From an uncultured Verrucomicrobiae bacterium (lineage in GTDB: Bacteria > Chlamydiota > Chlamydiia > Chlamydiales > Rhabdochlamydiaceae), in NCBI GenBank assembly GCA_963813135.1, contig CAWEXY010000007.1:1-42039 (forward strand): a stretch of DNA of 42,039 nt, read 5' to 3'. Within the stretch, counting starts at the first letter, position 1. Every line of letters begins with the position of its first letter. Below are positions 18,475 through 28,604 of this stretch, piece by piece. The position numbers were made by a program, and so were the translations under genes. Under the pieces are notes generated by a model. That model was not told where the DNA came from, ran no database searches, and was given only the letters and a program-made list of their open reading frames with translations.

Positions 18475-21102
18475 CTACTCGTTTATTTCTTCTTTTGATT
18501 TGTTTTTATTGCTGCTCAGTTCATCTGAAATAGGCGTTTTTCCATTTTCCCACAGCAATCTTGCAATTTTATGACTGTCCCAATTTAGAAACGGTTCATT
18601 TGTTTCTTCTTTTGGTTCGTTTTTATTAATACTTGTCGTTGCAGTGCTGCTCAGTTCAATTTGCTCTTCCTTGTCTGTAGCAACTTCGCCTGATGTCTTA
18701 GTAGTTCGAGGTGGATCAAGTAAATTTTGTCCAGTATACTTTGCAAGGAGGATCCTAATTTCAGAAACGACTTGTTCGGCTTTATCCAAATCAAGATAAT
18801 CTCTTTCTCTTTTAGGATCGTTACGGTCATCTTTGGGAGCATAAACATTAAAATAATTGAGAATCTTTAAACTTTTGAAAACCGCATTAATTGACAAAGT
18901 TTCAGGTTTAAATGTGGAGACTTGATGGATTAAGCTTGTGGGAAAGACAACTATGGAATCTCTTTGGGTAGTTTGTTCACCAAGACATTCCAGATTGACT
19001 GTCCATAGGTAGGTCATATTTCGTTCTTCTAAATTCTGAAGAGGATTTGGTGACTTGACAACACGATGCATCCGAAAAGGGGCAGAAGGCGCGTTACTAT
19101 TTTGCCTATAAAGAGTGTGGGTATACCCCTCGTTAAGGATCATGCTCTCAAAACGGCGCGGGTGATCATGCGGAGCCTCCACCGTATCAATTTCCAACTC
19201 CTCTCGTGGCCAATAATTTAAACGAAGCTCTTTTATTTTATCAGCTAGAGCAAATTCTGGCGGAATGGGCAAGTGAAGACGGACAAACCCCGAAGGATTT
19301 TTTTCGACGCGTACGTTGTCGGCTGCATTATTCAGATAGCTGAGCGCATGTCTGACCAGTTCTTGAAAATGAGCTTTATTCAAAATACCTTCCAACTGAT
19401 CTTCTTCTTGCACTGGTTCCGTCTGCGGCCCTGACAAAGCTTTGTAGCAAGTATCGATAAAAGTCAGAATCTCGACTGTATTGGGATGTTTTTCGCCAAG
19501 GATTTCTTTTGTGATAGCAAGACCCTTCTCAAATGACTCGATCGCTGCCTTAAAATCACGTTTTTTTAATAAACCAATACCTATACTGCGCCAATCAGTT
19601 GCCACACGGAGATGTTGATTTCCATACCTTGTATGAATATCAAGCGCTTTCCGATAGTTTTCTAATGCCTCATCGATTTTTTCTGAAGCTTCTAAACATT
19701 TGCCTTTGTTATTAAAAAAATCTGCTATTCGGGGATGATCGTCACCATACCTAGTTTTATAAATGGTATAACCTTCCTCGCAGCGCTTTGCGGAAGTTGA
19801 ATAATCTCCCAATGAGTATAAGCAAGTACTAATATCAAGAAGAGAATCTGCAACGTAGGGATGGGTTTCAGGGTAAAAAGATCGATTATGGGCAAAAGTT
19901 TTTTCCGCTATCTCCAAGGCTTTCCGAAATTTTCCTAAACGGCCCAAGCACTTACTCACCTTACTCAAATAGGGGCCCATCATCTCCCAAATCACATGTG
20001 TACATCCCCTTTCATACATTTCATGGAACCGTTGGTAATACTTATCAGCCTCCTCAAAACTTCCAAGCCGCTCTAGGACCTCCGCCATATGGAATAAAGA
20101 ATTGGCAATAGCCACACCATCCTCTGAGCCATATATTTTCTGATTCATTTCCAGGGATTCACGAAAATATTTGTGCGCTTTTTGAAACTTGTTTTGGGTG
20201 CATAAGATGTTACCGATGTTATGTAAGGACTCCACAATCTCGGCATGATTTGTTGACCCATATATTTCCTTCCTCATTTCAAGAGATTGTTCATGATATT
20301 CTAATGCTTTGTCAAAATCGCCAAGCTTCCTGAAAGTGTGACCGATACAATCTAAAGTAAACGCAATCTCCGGATGAGGTTTTAAGTCATATATTGCATT
20401 CTTCATCTTCAGACAACGTTGATAGTGCATGAGCGCTTCATCATAACGGCCAAGACAACTCAAGGCGAAACCTATGTCGCTTAAAGAATTCGCAATATTC
20501 GGGTGATCCCTGAGGCCCAATGTTCTTTCCTGCATCGCTAGAGCTATTTGGAAATATTCTAAAGCGCCTTCTGCATATTCGAGCAGCAGAAGAACTCTTC
20601 CCTTATAGTTTAAAGAAGCTGCAATCTCTAAACAATCCTTCGAACCATACACTTTCTTCCTTACATCAAGAGCCTTGTCGAAATATTCCAGAGCATGCTT
20701 AAAGTGGCCTTGTTCCAGTAATTCTACTCCTATCTCATCGTAAAGAAATGAAATATCTAGCGGATTATCAAGATGACCAAGCTTCCAAACCCGTTCAATC
20801 TTCTTATAACAAGTTTCTAAACTAGGATGTTCGCCTTTAACTACCAATTCATTTAACCAGATATCTTTCTCGATCTGATAGCAATCAAATGCCTTTTGAA
20901 ATTTTCCATTACTAAGATAGGTATCGCCTGCTTTTCCTAGCCAGTAGAAAGCTTTTTCATAAGACCGCTCTACTCCTTCTCCATTTTTATATCTCTTTCC
21001 CAATTCATATTGCCTTTTAGGATTTCCTTGGCGAGCCTCTTCCTCAATAATGGGGTCGATAACAGGAGGGGTTGAATGAACTCTTGAAGCTGGAGAAGTC
21101 AT
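18475..21102 (-). CDS. SEL1/TPR-repeat protein with C-terminal cupin-like domain
   Basis: SEL1 repeat (QYELGKRYKNGEGVERSYEKAFYW); many ~42-aa HPxIAxSL TPR units; PHDHP...IHQV tail; AGGA SD; AT-rich. Confidence 0.88.
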   Translation of the reverse strand: MTSPASRVHSTPPVIDPIIEEEARQGNPKRQYELGKRYKNGEGVERSYEKAFYWLGKAGDTYLSNGKFQKAFDCYQIEKDIWLNELVVKGEHPSLETCYKKIERVWKLGHLDNPLDISFLYDEIGVELLEQGHFKHALEYFDKALDVRKKVYGSKDCLEIAASLNYKGRVLLLLEYAEGALEYFQIALAMQERTLGLRDHPNIANSLSDIGFALSCLGRYDEALMHYQRCLKMKNAIYDLKPHPEIAFTLDCIGHTFRKLGDFDKALEYHEQSLEMRKEIYGSTNHAEIVESLHNIGNILCTQNKFQKAHKYFRESLEMNQKIYGSEDGVAIANSLFHMAEVLERLGSFEEADKYYQRFHEMYERGCTHVIWEMMGPYLSKVSKCLGRLGKFRKALEIAEKTFAHNRSFYPETHPYVADSLLDISTCLYSLGDYSTSAKRCEEGYTIYKTRYGDDHPRIADFFNNKGKCLEASEKIDEALENYRKALDIHTRYGNQHLRVATDWRSIGIGLLKKRDFKAAIESFEKGLAITKEILGEKHPNTVEILTFIDTCYKALSGPQTEPVQEEDQLEGILNKAHFQELVRHALSYLNNAADNVRVEKNPSGFVRLHLPIPPEFALADKIKELRLNYWPREELEIDTVEAPHDHPRRFESMILNEGYTHTLYRQNSNAPSAPFRMHRVVKSPNPLQNLEERNMTYLWTVNLECLGEQTTQRDSIVVFPTSLIHQVSTFKPETLSINAVFKSLKILNYFNVYAPKDDRNDPKRERDYLDLDKAEQVVSEIRILLAKYTGQNLLDPPRTTKTSGEVATDKEEQIELSSTATTSINKNEPKEETNEPFLNWDSHKIARLLWENGKTPISDELSSNKNKSKEEINE

Positions 21103-21440
21103 ATTTTATCCTTTAAAATGGTAGGCCAACATTGCTCATAGGAACAGGCACAGATCCAAAAACGTGGCACAAATCCACCTTTTGAGTTTCAAGAGCTCCA
21201 TTATAAATTCATCAAAATGAGACTCTTTGCCAATCTACGAAGTAAAATTATACTGGGATGGAGCTTTCTTTTGAAGAAAAATTTCAACTGAATAGTAATT
21301 CTCAATAAATGTAGGTCGTTTATTCCGAATAACTTACACTTGTTTTCATAGAAACTGATTCTTTTTGAGAATTTTTTTAGCGGGAATTGCTGCCAGCCGA
21401 AGGGATTGCGAGGCGATGCTTCGAAATCAGCCAGCAGCGA

Positions 21441-22040
21441 CTAGAGAAGATTAGTCAGCACAGATAAGGCCAGCAGCAGCAGAATAATTCCCATCCCGAT
21501 GGACAATCCCTTTTGGAAACGGACGAAATGGGGGCGAAATGCAGGGTGGGTAATCATATAGCTCAGAATTCCAAACCATAGAAGAGCCGCGCCGGCCATC
21601 GCCAAGCCATAAATCATCATCATCCATGAAGAAGTCTGAGGCGTCACAAATTGCGTGAAAACACCCAAAATAAACAGAGCTGCTTTAGGATTGAGGATAT
21701 TCGTCAAAAAGCCCGAAAGAAACGCTTGGTGATGGGAGGGCGGCATGGAGGAAGAAGATTTCTTCGATGGTAAAAGCAGGCGGATGCCCAAATAGGCTAG
21801 GTAGCAAGAACCTAGTATCTGCACTGTGCGAAAGAGGCGCGGAGACTCCACGAGCAGAAGCCCGATCCCTAGAGAGCAATAGGAGACATGGACGAGGAGC
21901 GCCACAGCAATACCCAGAGTGGCAAATAAAGCCGCGCGGCGTGAGCCCGTGAGGGCATGGCGCGTGACAATGGCAAAATCAGGCCCGGGGCTCATCGCGC
22001 CCAAGAGGGAGATCAGAAATATCGAAAAGATTTGGAACAT
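21441..22040 (-). CDS. LysE/RhtB family exporter
   Basis: SPGPDF, G..YL.YLG, GFLTNILNPKA. Confidence 0.95.
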   Translation of the reverse strand: MFQIFSIFLISLLGAMSPGPDFAIVTRHALTGSRRAALFATLGIAVALLVHVSYCSLGIGLLLVESPRLFRTVQILGSCYLAYLGIRLLLPSKKSSSSMPPSHHQAFLSGFLTNILNPKAALFILGVFTQFVTPQTSSWMMMIYGLAMAGAALLWFGILSYMITHPAFRPHFVRFQKGLSIGMGIILLLLALSVLTNLL

Positions 22041-22055
22041 GCGGCAAAAAAGAAA

Positions 22056-22121
22056 GATTTTTAACGCAAAGGCGCAGAGTCGCTAAGTTTTTTATGCCTT
22101 TGCGTCTTTGCGTTAAAAATC
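22056..22121. repeat. short palindromic (REP-like) repeat, copy 2
   Basis: GATTTTTAACGCAAAGGCGCA ... TGCGTCTTTGCGTTAAAAATC, 20/21 complementary; same arms as 4605-4654. Confidence 0.87.
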
Positions 22122-22148
22122 CCTCTCCCCTCGATTAACTTTGTCTAG

Positions 22149-22177
22149 AAAAAGGCCCTCTTTCCAGAGGGCCTTTT
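22149..22177 (-). terminator. intrinsic terminator of the fab-acpP operon
   Basis: GGCCCTCT-GGAA-AGAGGGCC followed by TTTTT, just after the acpP stop. Confidence 0.85.
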
Positions 22178-22182
22178 AGGTC

Positions 22183-22422
22183 TTAAGCGCCTTTTTTCTT
22201 TTTAATGTAGTCGACGACGTCGCCTACTGTTTTGAGCTTCTCCGCTTCTTCTTCGGAGATTTCAAAACCGAATCGCTCTTCGAACGTCATAATGAGCTCT
22301 GTGAGGTCGAGTGAATCGGCATTGAGATCTTCGATAAATGATTTTTGCAGAGTGACATCTGCTGCATCAACACCGAGCTGCTCAACGACAATGTCGATGA
22401 CTTCTTTTTCGATCGATGACAT
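22183..22422 (-). CDS. acpP: acyl carrier protein
   Basis: [17 protein letters not shown]. Confidence 0.97.
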   Translation of the reverse strand: MSSIEKEVIDIVVEQLGVDAADVTLQKSFIEDLNADSLDLTELIMTFEERFGFEISEEEAEKLKTVGDVVDYIKKKKGA

Positions 22423-22460
22423 AAGCATTTCTTCCTTCATATTGTTCCTATACTTTCAAC

Positions 22461-23216
22461 TTACATTACCATCCCCCCGTCGACCGTTAGAACTTGCCCT
22501 GTGATGTAGTTTGACATCGGGCTGGCCAAAAAGAGCGCAGCTTCTGCAATCTCTTGAGGTTGTCCTAAGCGACCCATGGGGATCTGTTTCAAAATGTTTT
22601 CTTTCTGCACATCCGTTAACACATCGGTCATCGCCGTCTGGATAAAGCCAGGGGCGATACAATTAACACACACTCCCCGGCTTGCGAGTTCTTTCGCCAG
22701 GGATTGAGTAAATCCAATCATGCCTGCCTTAGCAGCGGCATAATTAGCTTGCCCTGCATTCCCGATGAGTCCAACGACAGAAGAAATATTGATAATCTTT
22801 CCGCTGCGCGCCTTGATCATAGGGCGAACCAGTGCTTGACATAGATTATAAACAGATTTGAGATTCACGGCAATGACTCTGTCCCAATCGTCCTCGCTCA
22901 TCTTCATAAGCAGGCCATCGCGGGTGATGCCGGCATTGTTAACTAAAATATCAACAGGGCCCCATTTTTCAAGAATTTGGGCGACGCCGCCTTCGACGGA
23001 TGCCTTATCAGCGATATCGACGAGAATAGAAAGAAATTTTTGCTCAGGGAAAACACGGGCATTTTCCAGCTCTTGGAGAACTTGGGCGGCTCTTTCGGCA
23101 TTGGTTCCAAAAATCGCCACGTGAGCGCCGTGCCGTGCATAGGTGAGAGCAATTTCCCTACCAATCCCGGCCGTTCCACCCGTGACGAGCGCTTTTTTAT
23201 CTTTCAGCAGTTGCAT
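22461..23216 (-). CDS. fabG: 3-oxoacyl-ACP reductase
   Basis: TGGTAGIG, NNAGITRD, YAAAK; GGAGG SD. Confidence 0.97.
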   Translation of the reverse strand: MQLLKDKKALVTGGTAGIGREIALTYARHGAHVAIFGTNAERAAQVLQELENARVFPEQKFLSILVDIADKASVEGGVAQILEKWGPVDILVNNAGITRDGLLMKMSEDDWDRVIAVNLKSVYNLCQALVRPMIKARSGKIINISSVVGLIGNAGQANYAAAKAGMIGFTQSLAKELASRGVCVNCIAPGFIQTAMTDVLTDVQKENILKQIPMGRLGQPQEIAEAALFLASPMSNYITGQVLTVDGGMVM

Positions 23217-24099
23217 ACAGCGCCTCCAAATCAGCGGGTTTTTCAATACTTATAGTTTCGCCTGCGCCAATTTTTTTATTCATTCCGCTCAGCGTCTTAC
23301 CAGGGCCTATTTCTATAAAAGTTTCAACTCCAGCTTCCATCATGGCGCGGATGCCTTTTTCCCAACGCGTCGGCGAGGCGACTTGCGCAATGAGGTTCTC
23401 TCGCATCTCTTCGACGAAGCTACCTGGCACGTTCATGACGAGGGCAATATCCGAAGAATGCAGAGGGGCGTTTAAAATAAGCGGTTTTAATTTTTCTTGG
23501 GCGGAGCGCATGAGGGGGGTATGAAAGGCCCCAGACACTTCAAGGGGCAGCACGCGTCTTGCTCCGGCTGCTTTTAAATTTTCTTCAGCTGTCTGCAGGG
23601 CGGCATCTTTGCCGGCGATGACGACTTGCCCTGGGCAGTTGAGGTTGGCGATCCAGACGCTGTCTGGCAAGCAGGCAGCGACCTTTGCTTCATCAAGTCC
23701 CAGAACGACGCGCATGCTGCCCTTTTCACTCTCGCAAGCTTCTTGCATATATTTTCCGCGCGCATGAACGAGCTTTAAGGCGCTGGCAAAATCGATGCGT
23801 CCCGCTGCCACAAGCGCGGTATATTCGCCCAGGCTCAGGCCTGCACAGACTTCGGGTGTCAGAGAGATGCAGCGGAGAATAGCCACGCTGGTGACAAAAA
23901 TCGCCACTTGGGCCACTTCTGTCTGCGTGAGCTCTTCCATCGGTCCTTCAAAAAGGATTTTCTTCAGCGGGATATTTAGGAGGGCTTCAGCTTCATCAAA
24001 AACGGCGCGCGCCGCAGGAAAAGCGTCGTAAAATTCTTTTCCCATCCCCACGTATTGCGCCCCTTGCCCGGGGAAAATGAAGGCAACTTTTTTAGTCAT
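23197..24099 (-). CDS. fabD: malonyl-CoA:ACP transacylase
   Basis: FPGQGAQ, GLSLGEY, SGAFH, EIGPG. Confidence 0.97.
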   Translation of the reverse strand: MTKKVAFIFPGQGAQYVGMGKEFYDAFPAARAVFDEAEALLNIPLKKILFEGPMEELTQTEVAQVAIFVTSVAILRCISLTPEVCAGLSLGEYTALVAAGRIDFASALKLVHARGKYMQEACESEKGSMRVVLGLDEAKVAACLPDSVWIANLNCPGQVVIAGKDAALQTAEENLKAAGARRVLPLEVSGAFHTPLMRSAQEKLKPLILNAPLHSSDIALVMNVPGSFVEEMRENLIAQVASPTRWEKGIRAMMEAGVETFIEIGPGKTLSGMNKKIGAGETISIEKPADLEALYATAER

Positions 24100-25084
24100 T
24101 TGTCAGTATCGCCGCTCCCCATGTCAGTCCGGCCCCGAAAGCCGTTAAAAGGATATGTTCGCTGGTTTTGACTTTTTGCTCTTTCAGAAGCTCATCGAGG
24201 GCAATTCCGAGGGAAGATGCAGAGGTATTGCCGTACTTATGGATGGTGACATAGACTTTTTCCATCGGCACCTGAAAGCGCTTAGCGAGGGCTTCGATAA
24301 TGCGCATATTCGCTTGATGCGGGATAAGCCAAGAAATGTCTTCCTCTTTGAGCCCAGCTTTTTCTATGGATTCTTTGGACGCTGCTTCCATGCGGCGGAC
24401 GGCATGCTTAAAGACCTCTTTGCCTTCCATTCGCAAATAATGCAGCTTGTTGGCGACCGATTCGGCGGTCGCAGGGTGGCGAGATCCCCCGCCTGGCAAT
24501 ATCAGAAGCTCGGCTTGTTCGCCATCAGATCCCAGAACAACGTTCTGAATGACCAACCCTTTTCCTTCGGAAGAAACAATACAGGCCGAAGCGCCATCGC
24601 CAAAGAGGACGCATGTATTGCGGTCCTTATAATCGACAATCGAAGAGAGTTTTTCCGATGCGATGATTAAAATATTTTTGTATATTCCCGCCTCAATAAA
24701 AGCCTTAGCCATGGCCATCGTATAAAGGTAGCCTGAGCAGGCAGCTTGGATATCGACTGCGGCAGCACAAGTGGCGCCCAGCTGCTTTTGGATAAGGCAA
24801 GCTGTACTGGGGAAAACATAGTCGGGAGTGAGGGTTGCGACGAGGATGCAGTCCAAAGAATCGGCAGAAATGTTAGCCGATTTGAGGGCTTCTTTGGCAG
24901 CGGCAAGGCCCATGTCCGAGGTGAACTCCCCCTCGGCGGCCAAACGGCGTTCTTTCATTCCTGTACGCGAAACGATCCATTCATCGGACGTTTCTACCAT
25001 TTTTTCTAGGTCTTGGTTCGTGAGAACGCGGCTCGGCACATAAGAACCCGTGCCTATAATTTTTGCTTTACAAACGTTTTGCAT
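24092..25084 (-). CDS. fabH: beta-ketoacyl-ACP synthase III
   Basis: AACSG, FGDGA, PHQAN, GNTSAS, FGAGLTWG. Confidence 0.97.
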   Translation of the reverse strand: MQNVCKAKIIGTGSYVPSRVLTNQDLEKMVETSDEWIVSRTGMKERRLAAEGEFTSDMGLAAAKEALKSANISADSLDCILVATLTPDYVFPSTACLIQKQLGATCAAAVDIQAACSGYLYTMAMAKAFIEAGIYKNILIIASEKLSSIVDYKDRNTCVLFGDGASACIVSSEGKGLVIQNVVLGSDGEQAELLILPGGGSRHPATAESVANKLHYLRMEGKEVFKHAVRRMEAASKESIEKAGLKEEDISWLIPHQANMRIIEALAKRFQVPMEKVYVTIHKYGNTSASSLGIALDELLKEQKVKTSEHILLTAFGAGLTWGAAILTND

Positions 25085-25216
25085 CCCCCAATTTTACCCA
25101 AAACCAGTAAATTTTAGAAGGTAAAGATATTTCTTTATATAAATCATTACTTTAAGTGGGCAAAAATTCGCCCTGTATGCGATACATTGGAGTTTAAAAT
25201 TTTAAGGTTGCTCTAT

Positions 25217-25492
25217 ATGAAAAAAATAATTTGCGCCTTTCTTGCCCTATCGCTCCTCTGCGTGAGCGTCTCTCCCGCAGGAGAATCTCTCGAAGATCAG
25301 AAGCATAACGTGGAAAAGCTCTGGAATAATGGCAAAAAAGGGACAGCGGCCAAAGACGGATCGTATACGGCTATCTCGGCAGCGATGATAGGGACAGGCC
25401 TTGGCCTCGCCGGACTGATCGCCCTCTGCGCAGCCCTCTTCAGCAAAGGATCGTCCTCCGGGGGAGGCTCCCATGCGCACCATTGCCATTAG
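25217..25492 (+). CDS. small exported/membrane protein
   Basis: signal peptide MKKIICAFLALSLL, C-terminal TM, G/S/H tail. Confidence 0.7.
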   Translation: MKKIICAFLALSLLCVSVSPAGESLEDQKHNVEKLWNNGKKGTAAKDGSYTAISAAMIGTGLGLAGLIALCAALFSKGSSSGGGSHAHHCH

Positions 25493-26136
25493 CCTTTTGC
25501 TGTTAGCAGGAAGCCTTCAAGCGCAGGATTATTACTTTTTTTATCCCGCCACCCGCCTGGGAAATGGCCGACTCCTCTCTCAACACACAGATGACGCACG
25601 CCAATTTTATCTCTAAGGCCCATCCTGGATGCTCTATTTCTTTATCTTCAGAGCCGGTGCAAGGCTCTTTGAAAGATTATGTAGCAGCTGCAAAGGCGTT
25701 ATTTGTACAAGACCCGAACGCAAGGTGGCGCGATATCGGCCCTTACAAAACCGCTTGCGGAGAAGGCAGGCTTGTTGAGATCGAGGTAAAATCTGCGATG
25801 GGAGAAGTTCGCCAGCTCCAACTCATCCAGCTCCATAATGACGTGGCCTATGTTGTCACGACGTCCGCCCCTAAAGGATACTTTGCAAGGCTGGCGCCGA
25901 CCTTTAAAAAAGTGCTTCAATCCTTCCATTGCTCGACCGACCCCTTAAGCGCCCTCACCGACAAAACAAAACGCGCGATGCTTGAAAATGCTATCTCCTC
26001 TTTTCAAACAAATGAGAAAAAGATAGAATCGCCTGAAATTGCCCTGCAAAAGGTTGTTTTAGAGGACTTCTCTGAAATGGGCGCTCTGTGGCAAATCGCC
26101 GTTTTGCAGATGGTAAAGGATCAAATCAAGGAGTAA
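25473..26136 (+). CDS. exported PsbP/DcrB-like protein, frameshifted at a T7 run
   Basis: GGAGG SD + ATG 25473 gives MRTIAISLLLLAGSLQAQDYYFF; removing one T from 25536-25542 joins it to IPPPAWE-MADSS of ORF 25564-26136; fold assignment is inference. Confidence 0.7.
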
Positions 26137-26137
26137 T

Positions 26138-26398
26138 ATGAAACGCCTCATTTCCACATTGACACTTTTCACATTCGCCATCTCTCCGATGGTCGCCGAC
26201 CAACCTCCTGAGGCTGCGCCTCCCGCTCAAGAACAATTGGAGCCTCCTGCTGTTACTCCCGATGTCAAAGAAGTGAAAAAAGAAGACGCAGCTGTTTCGA
26301 CAAAAAACAGCCGCTGGGTCGATTTTGCAATTGCTGCGGGCGCTATCGCCGTGGCGATCACCGCTTTGATCCTGGTCAAGACACATCGAGGCCGATGA
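26138..26398 (+). CDS. small exported/membrane protein
   Basis: AGGAG SD, signal peptide, P/A-rich linker, C-terminal TM. Confidence 0.75.
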   Translation: MKRLISTLTLFTFAISPMVADQPPEAAPPAQEQLEPPAVTPDVKEVKKEDAAVSTKNSRWVDFAIAAGAIAVAITALILVKTHRGR

Positions 26399-26871
26399 TT
26401 CTCCTGCTCCTTTTGTGCAGCTGCGGAGCGCAAAGTTCTTGGCAGGTATCCCACCTTCAAACAGGAAGCTCCGCATTCGATTCCTCCCGCGCCCTTTTTT
26501 GCGCTAAAGACCCAGTCAATGGCATCGATCTAGAACTGATCCGCAGCGATAGCCAAATTTTTGCCTACCTCCTGGTCCACACGCAAGAAACAATTCCCTA
26601 TGAAGACAACCCCAAAGAAGCTATTGTGCGTCTTATTATGGCAGATCAAACTATCGAAAGCATCGCCCACCGGCACGAAGGAGGTCAAAGGATCCTCCTT
26701 ACAGAATCCCTCCAACAAACCCTCCTCGATGCTCTTAAGCTTGAAAAAGATGTCACGATCGAGCTGATGGGCTATCGGACCACGATCTTAGGAAAAGGTT
26801 TCCCAGATTCATTTGCCGCCTTGCAAAAAACCCCGATCCGCAACCCCTTACAACCCCCGGTGCCTCTATGA
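26395..26871 (+). CDS. putative lipoprotein
   Basis: LLLCSC lipobox-like N-terminus; ATGA overlaps at both ends. Confidence 0.7.
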   Translation: MILLLLLCSCGAQSSWQVSHLQTGSSAFDSSRALFCAKDPVNGIDLELIRSDSQIFAYLLVHTQETIPYEDNPKEAIVRLIMADQTIESIAHRHEGGQRILLTESLQQTLLDALKLEKDVTIELMGYRTTILGKGFPDSFAALQKTPIRNPLQPPVPL

Positions 26872-27821
26872 ATAAATTAGAACAGCTGAAGAAAATGACC
26901 GTCATCGTCTCCGATACAGGAGAGTTCGAAGACATCAAGCAGTTCCATCCTATCGATGCGACAACGAACCCTTCGCTGATCTTGGCGGCTGCTTCAAAAC
27001 CCGAATACAAGCCTCTCGTCGAAGAAGCCCTGTCCTATGCAAAAAAACAAGGGCACTCCCACAAGGAAGAAAAGAGCTTGGCCCTCGACAAAGTCTTTGT
27101 GAATTTTGGCTTGGCGATTCTCAAAATCATCCCGCGCCGCGTCTCGACGGAAGTCGATGCCCGACTCTCTTTTGATGCCGAAGGGTCGATCGAGAGGGCA
27201 AGGGCCCTCATCGCCCTCTACGAAAAAGCCGGCATCGATCGCAAACGCATCCTGATCAAACTCGCTTCAACCTGGGAAGGGATCCAAGCCGCTGCCGTGC
27301 TCGAACGTGAAGGAATCCACTGCAATATGACGCTTCTTTTTAGCATGGCCCAGGCCATCGGCTGCGCGGAAGCTGGAGCCACGCTCATCTCCCCTTTCGT
27401 CGGGCGCATTCTCGACTGGTATAAAAAGAACGAGGGCAAAGAATATCTACCCCACGAAGATCCCGGCGTAAAATCGGTTACACAGATCTACAACTACTAC
27501 AAAAAAATGGGCTATAAGACGCAGATCATGGGCGCCTCGTTCCGCAACATCGATGAGATCACGGAACTTGCCGGCTGCGACCTTCTCACCATAGCCCCCA
27601 AGCTCCTCGACGAACTCCAAAAAGCGGAGGGGCCTGTTCCGCGCAAGCTCGACCCCGAAGCTGCCCTTAAAATGGAAATGGCCAAAGTCGAGCTCGATGA
27701 AAAGGCATTCCGCTGGATGCTCTGCGAGAACGCGATGGCGAGCGACAAGCTCTACGAAGGTATTCGCAACTTCAGCAAAGACATCGTCAAGCTCGAGCAG
27801 CTGATCGACACCATGCTTTAG
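26868..27821 (+). CDS. tal: transaldolase
   Basis: [51 protein letters not shown]. Confidence 0.97.
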   Translation: MNKLEQLKKMTVIVSDTGEFEDIKQFHPIDATTNPSLILAAASKPEYKPLVEEALSYAKKQGHSHKEEKSLALDKVFVNFGLAILKIIPRRVSTEVDARLSFDAEGSIERARALIALYEKAGIDRKRILIKLASTWEGIQAAAVLEREGIHCNMTLLFSMAQAIGCAEAGATLISPFVGRILDWYKKNEGKEYLPHEDPGVKSVTQIYNYYKKMGYKTQIMGASFRNIDEITELAGCDLLTIAPKLLDELQKAEGPVPRKLDPEAALKMEMAKVELDEKAFRWMLCENAMASDKLYEGIRNFSKDIVKLEQLIDTML

Positions 27822-28604
27822 TTACTGAAGGCGGGAAAGCCCCTTCATGCGGCTCTTCTCAAACATGTAGCTGAAAAGGGTCGTCGTCAGGAGGAAATAG
27901 AAAAGATTGAGAATGAGGCTGATCCAGAAATAATGCTGAGGGAAAGTCCCTTGGCTCAAGATCGAGCGCATCCCCTCGAACGTATAGGTCATCGGCAGGC
28001 ACCAGGCGATGTTCTGCGCCCACACAGGCAATGAATCTACCGGATAAAATACCGCGCTGAACGGCGAAAAGACGTAGGCCATCATCCAGGCCATCATCTG
28101 AAATCTTTGGCCCCAATAAACGATAATAGAGGCCGATAAGAACCCTATCCACCATCCTGACAGGATCAGACATAGGGCAAACGTCAGAAAGGTCCAGCCG
28201 ACCGTAAAAACGTTCGCTTCGTAGAGGATGTAGACGAGGAGAGATCCAAAGCTTAGGCTGATGCAGATTTTGAAGAGGCCCAATAGCGCTAGCCCGCCGA
28301 TCCACTCCACGACCTTCAGCGGGGTGGAAAAGAGGTTCACGAGGTTCCTGTTCCAAAATTCCATGAGGAGGTTGACAGGGACTTCGTAGTTCGCGCGCCA
28401 TATAATGTGCCAGAAAATAAGCCCGGTTAAAATAATCAGCAGGACATTGGGCACCCCTTGCTGATGATGCTGTATCCATACGGACGTCATTCCCCACAGG
28501 AAAATATCGATCGCCGGCCAATAAAACAGATCGGATATCTGATCTAGATGGGAAGAGACGTAAAAGTAGCGGAGAAATACGGCCCACATTCTTTTAAAAC
28601 TCAT
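27822..28604 (-). CDS. ABC-2 type exporter permease
   Basis: 6 TM segments; FYPVDSLPVWAQ...P.TY.FEGMR. Confidence 0.9.
   Translation of the reverse strand: MSFKRMWAVFLRYFYVSSHLDQISDLFYWPAIDIFLWGMTSVWIQHHQQGVPNVLLIILTGLIFWHIIWRANYEVPVNLLMEFWNRNLVNLFSTPLKVVEWIGGLALLGLFKICISLSFGSLLVYILYEANVFTVGWTFLTFALCLILSGWWIGFLSASIIVYWGQRFQMMAWMMAYVFSPFSAVFYPVDSLPVWAQNIAWCLPMTYTFEGMRSILSQGTFPQHYFWISLILNLFYFLLTTTLFSYMFEKSRMKGLSRLQ

Noticed and set aside
18293..18574. 93-aa plus-strand ORF
   Set aside because: Antisense to the lysE relic and the TPR gene end
18480..18665. Short duplication in the TPR gene tail (ELSS...NKN..KEE.NE twice)
   Set aside because: Real, but only two short degenerate copies in a low-complexity tail
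21388..21440. Weak hairpin downstream of lysE
   Set aside because: Interrupted stem with no U-tract on the minus strand and no second copy
27859..28587. 242-aa alternative-frame ORF within the ABC permease
   Set aside because: Same-strand overlap with a well-supported gene; no protein-like features
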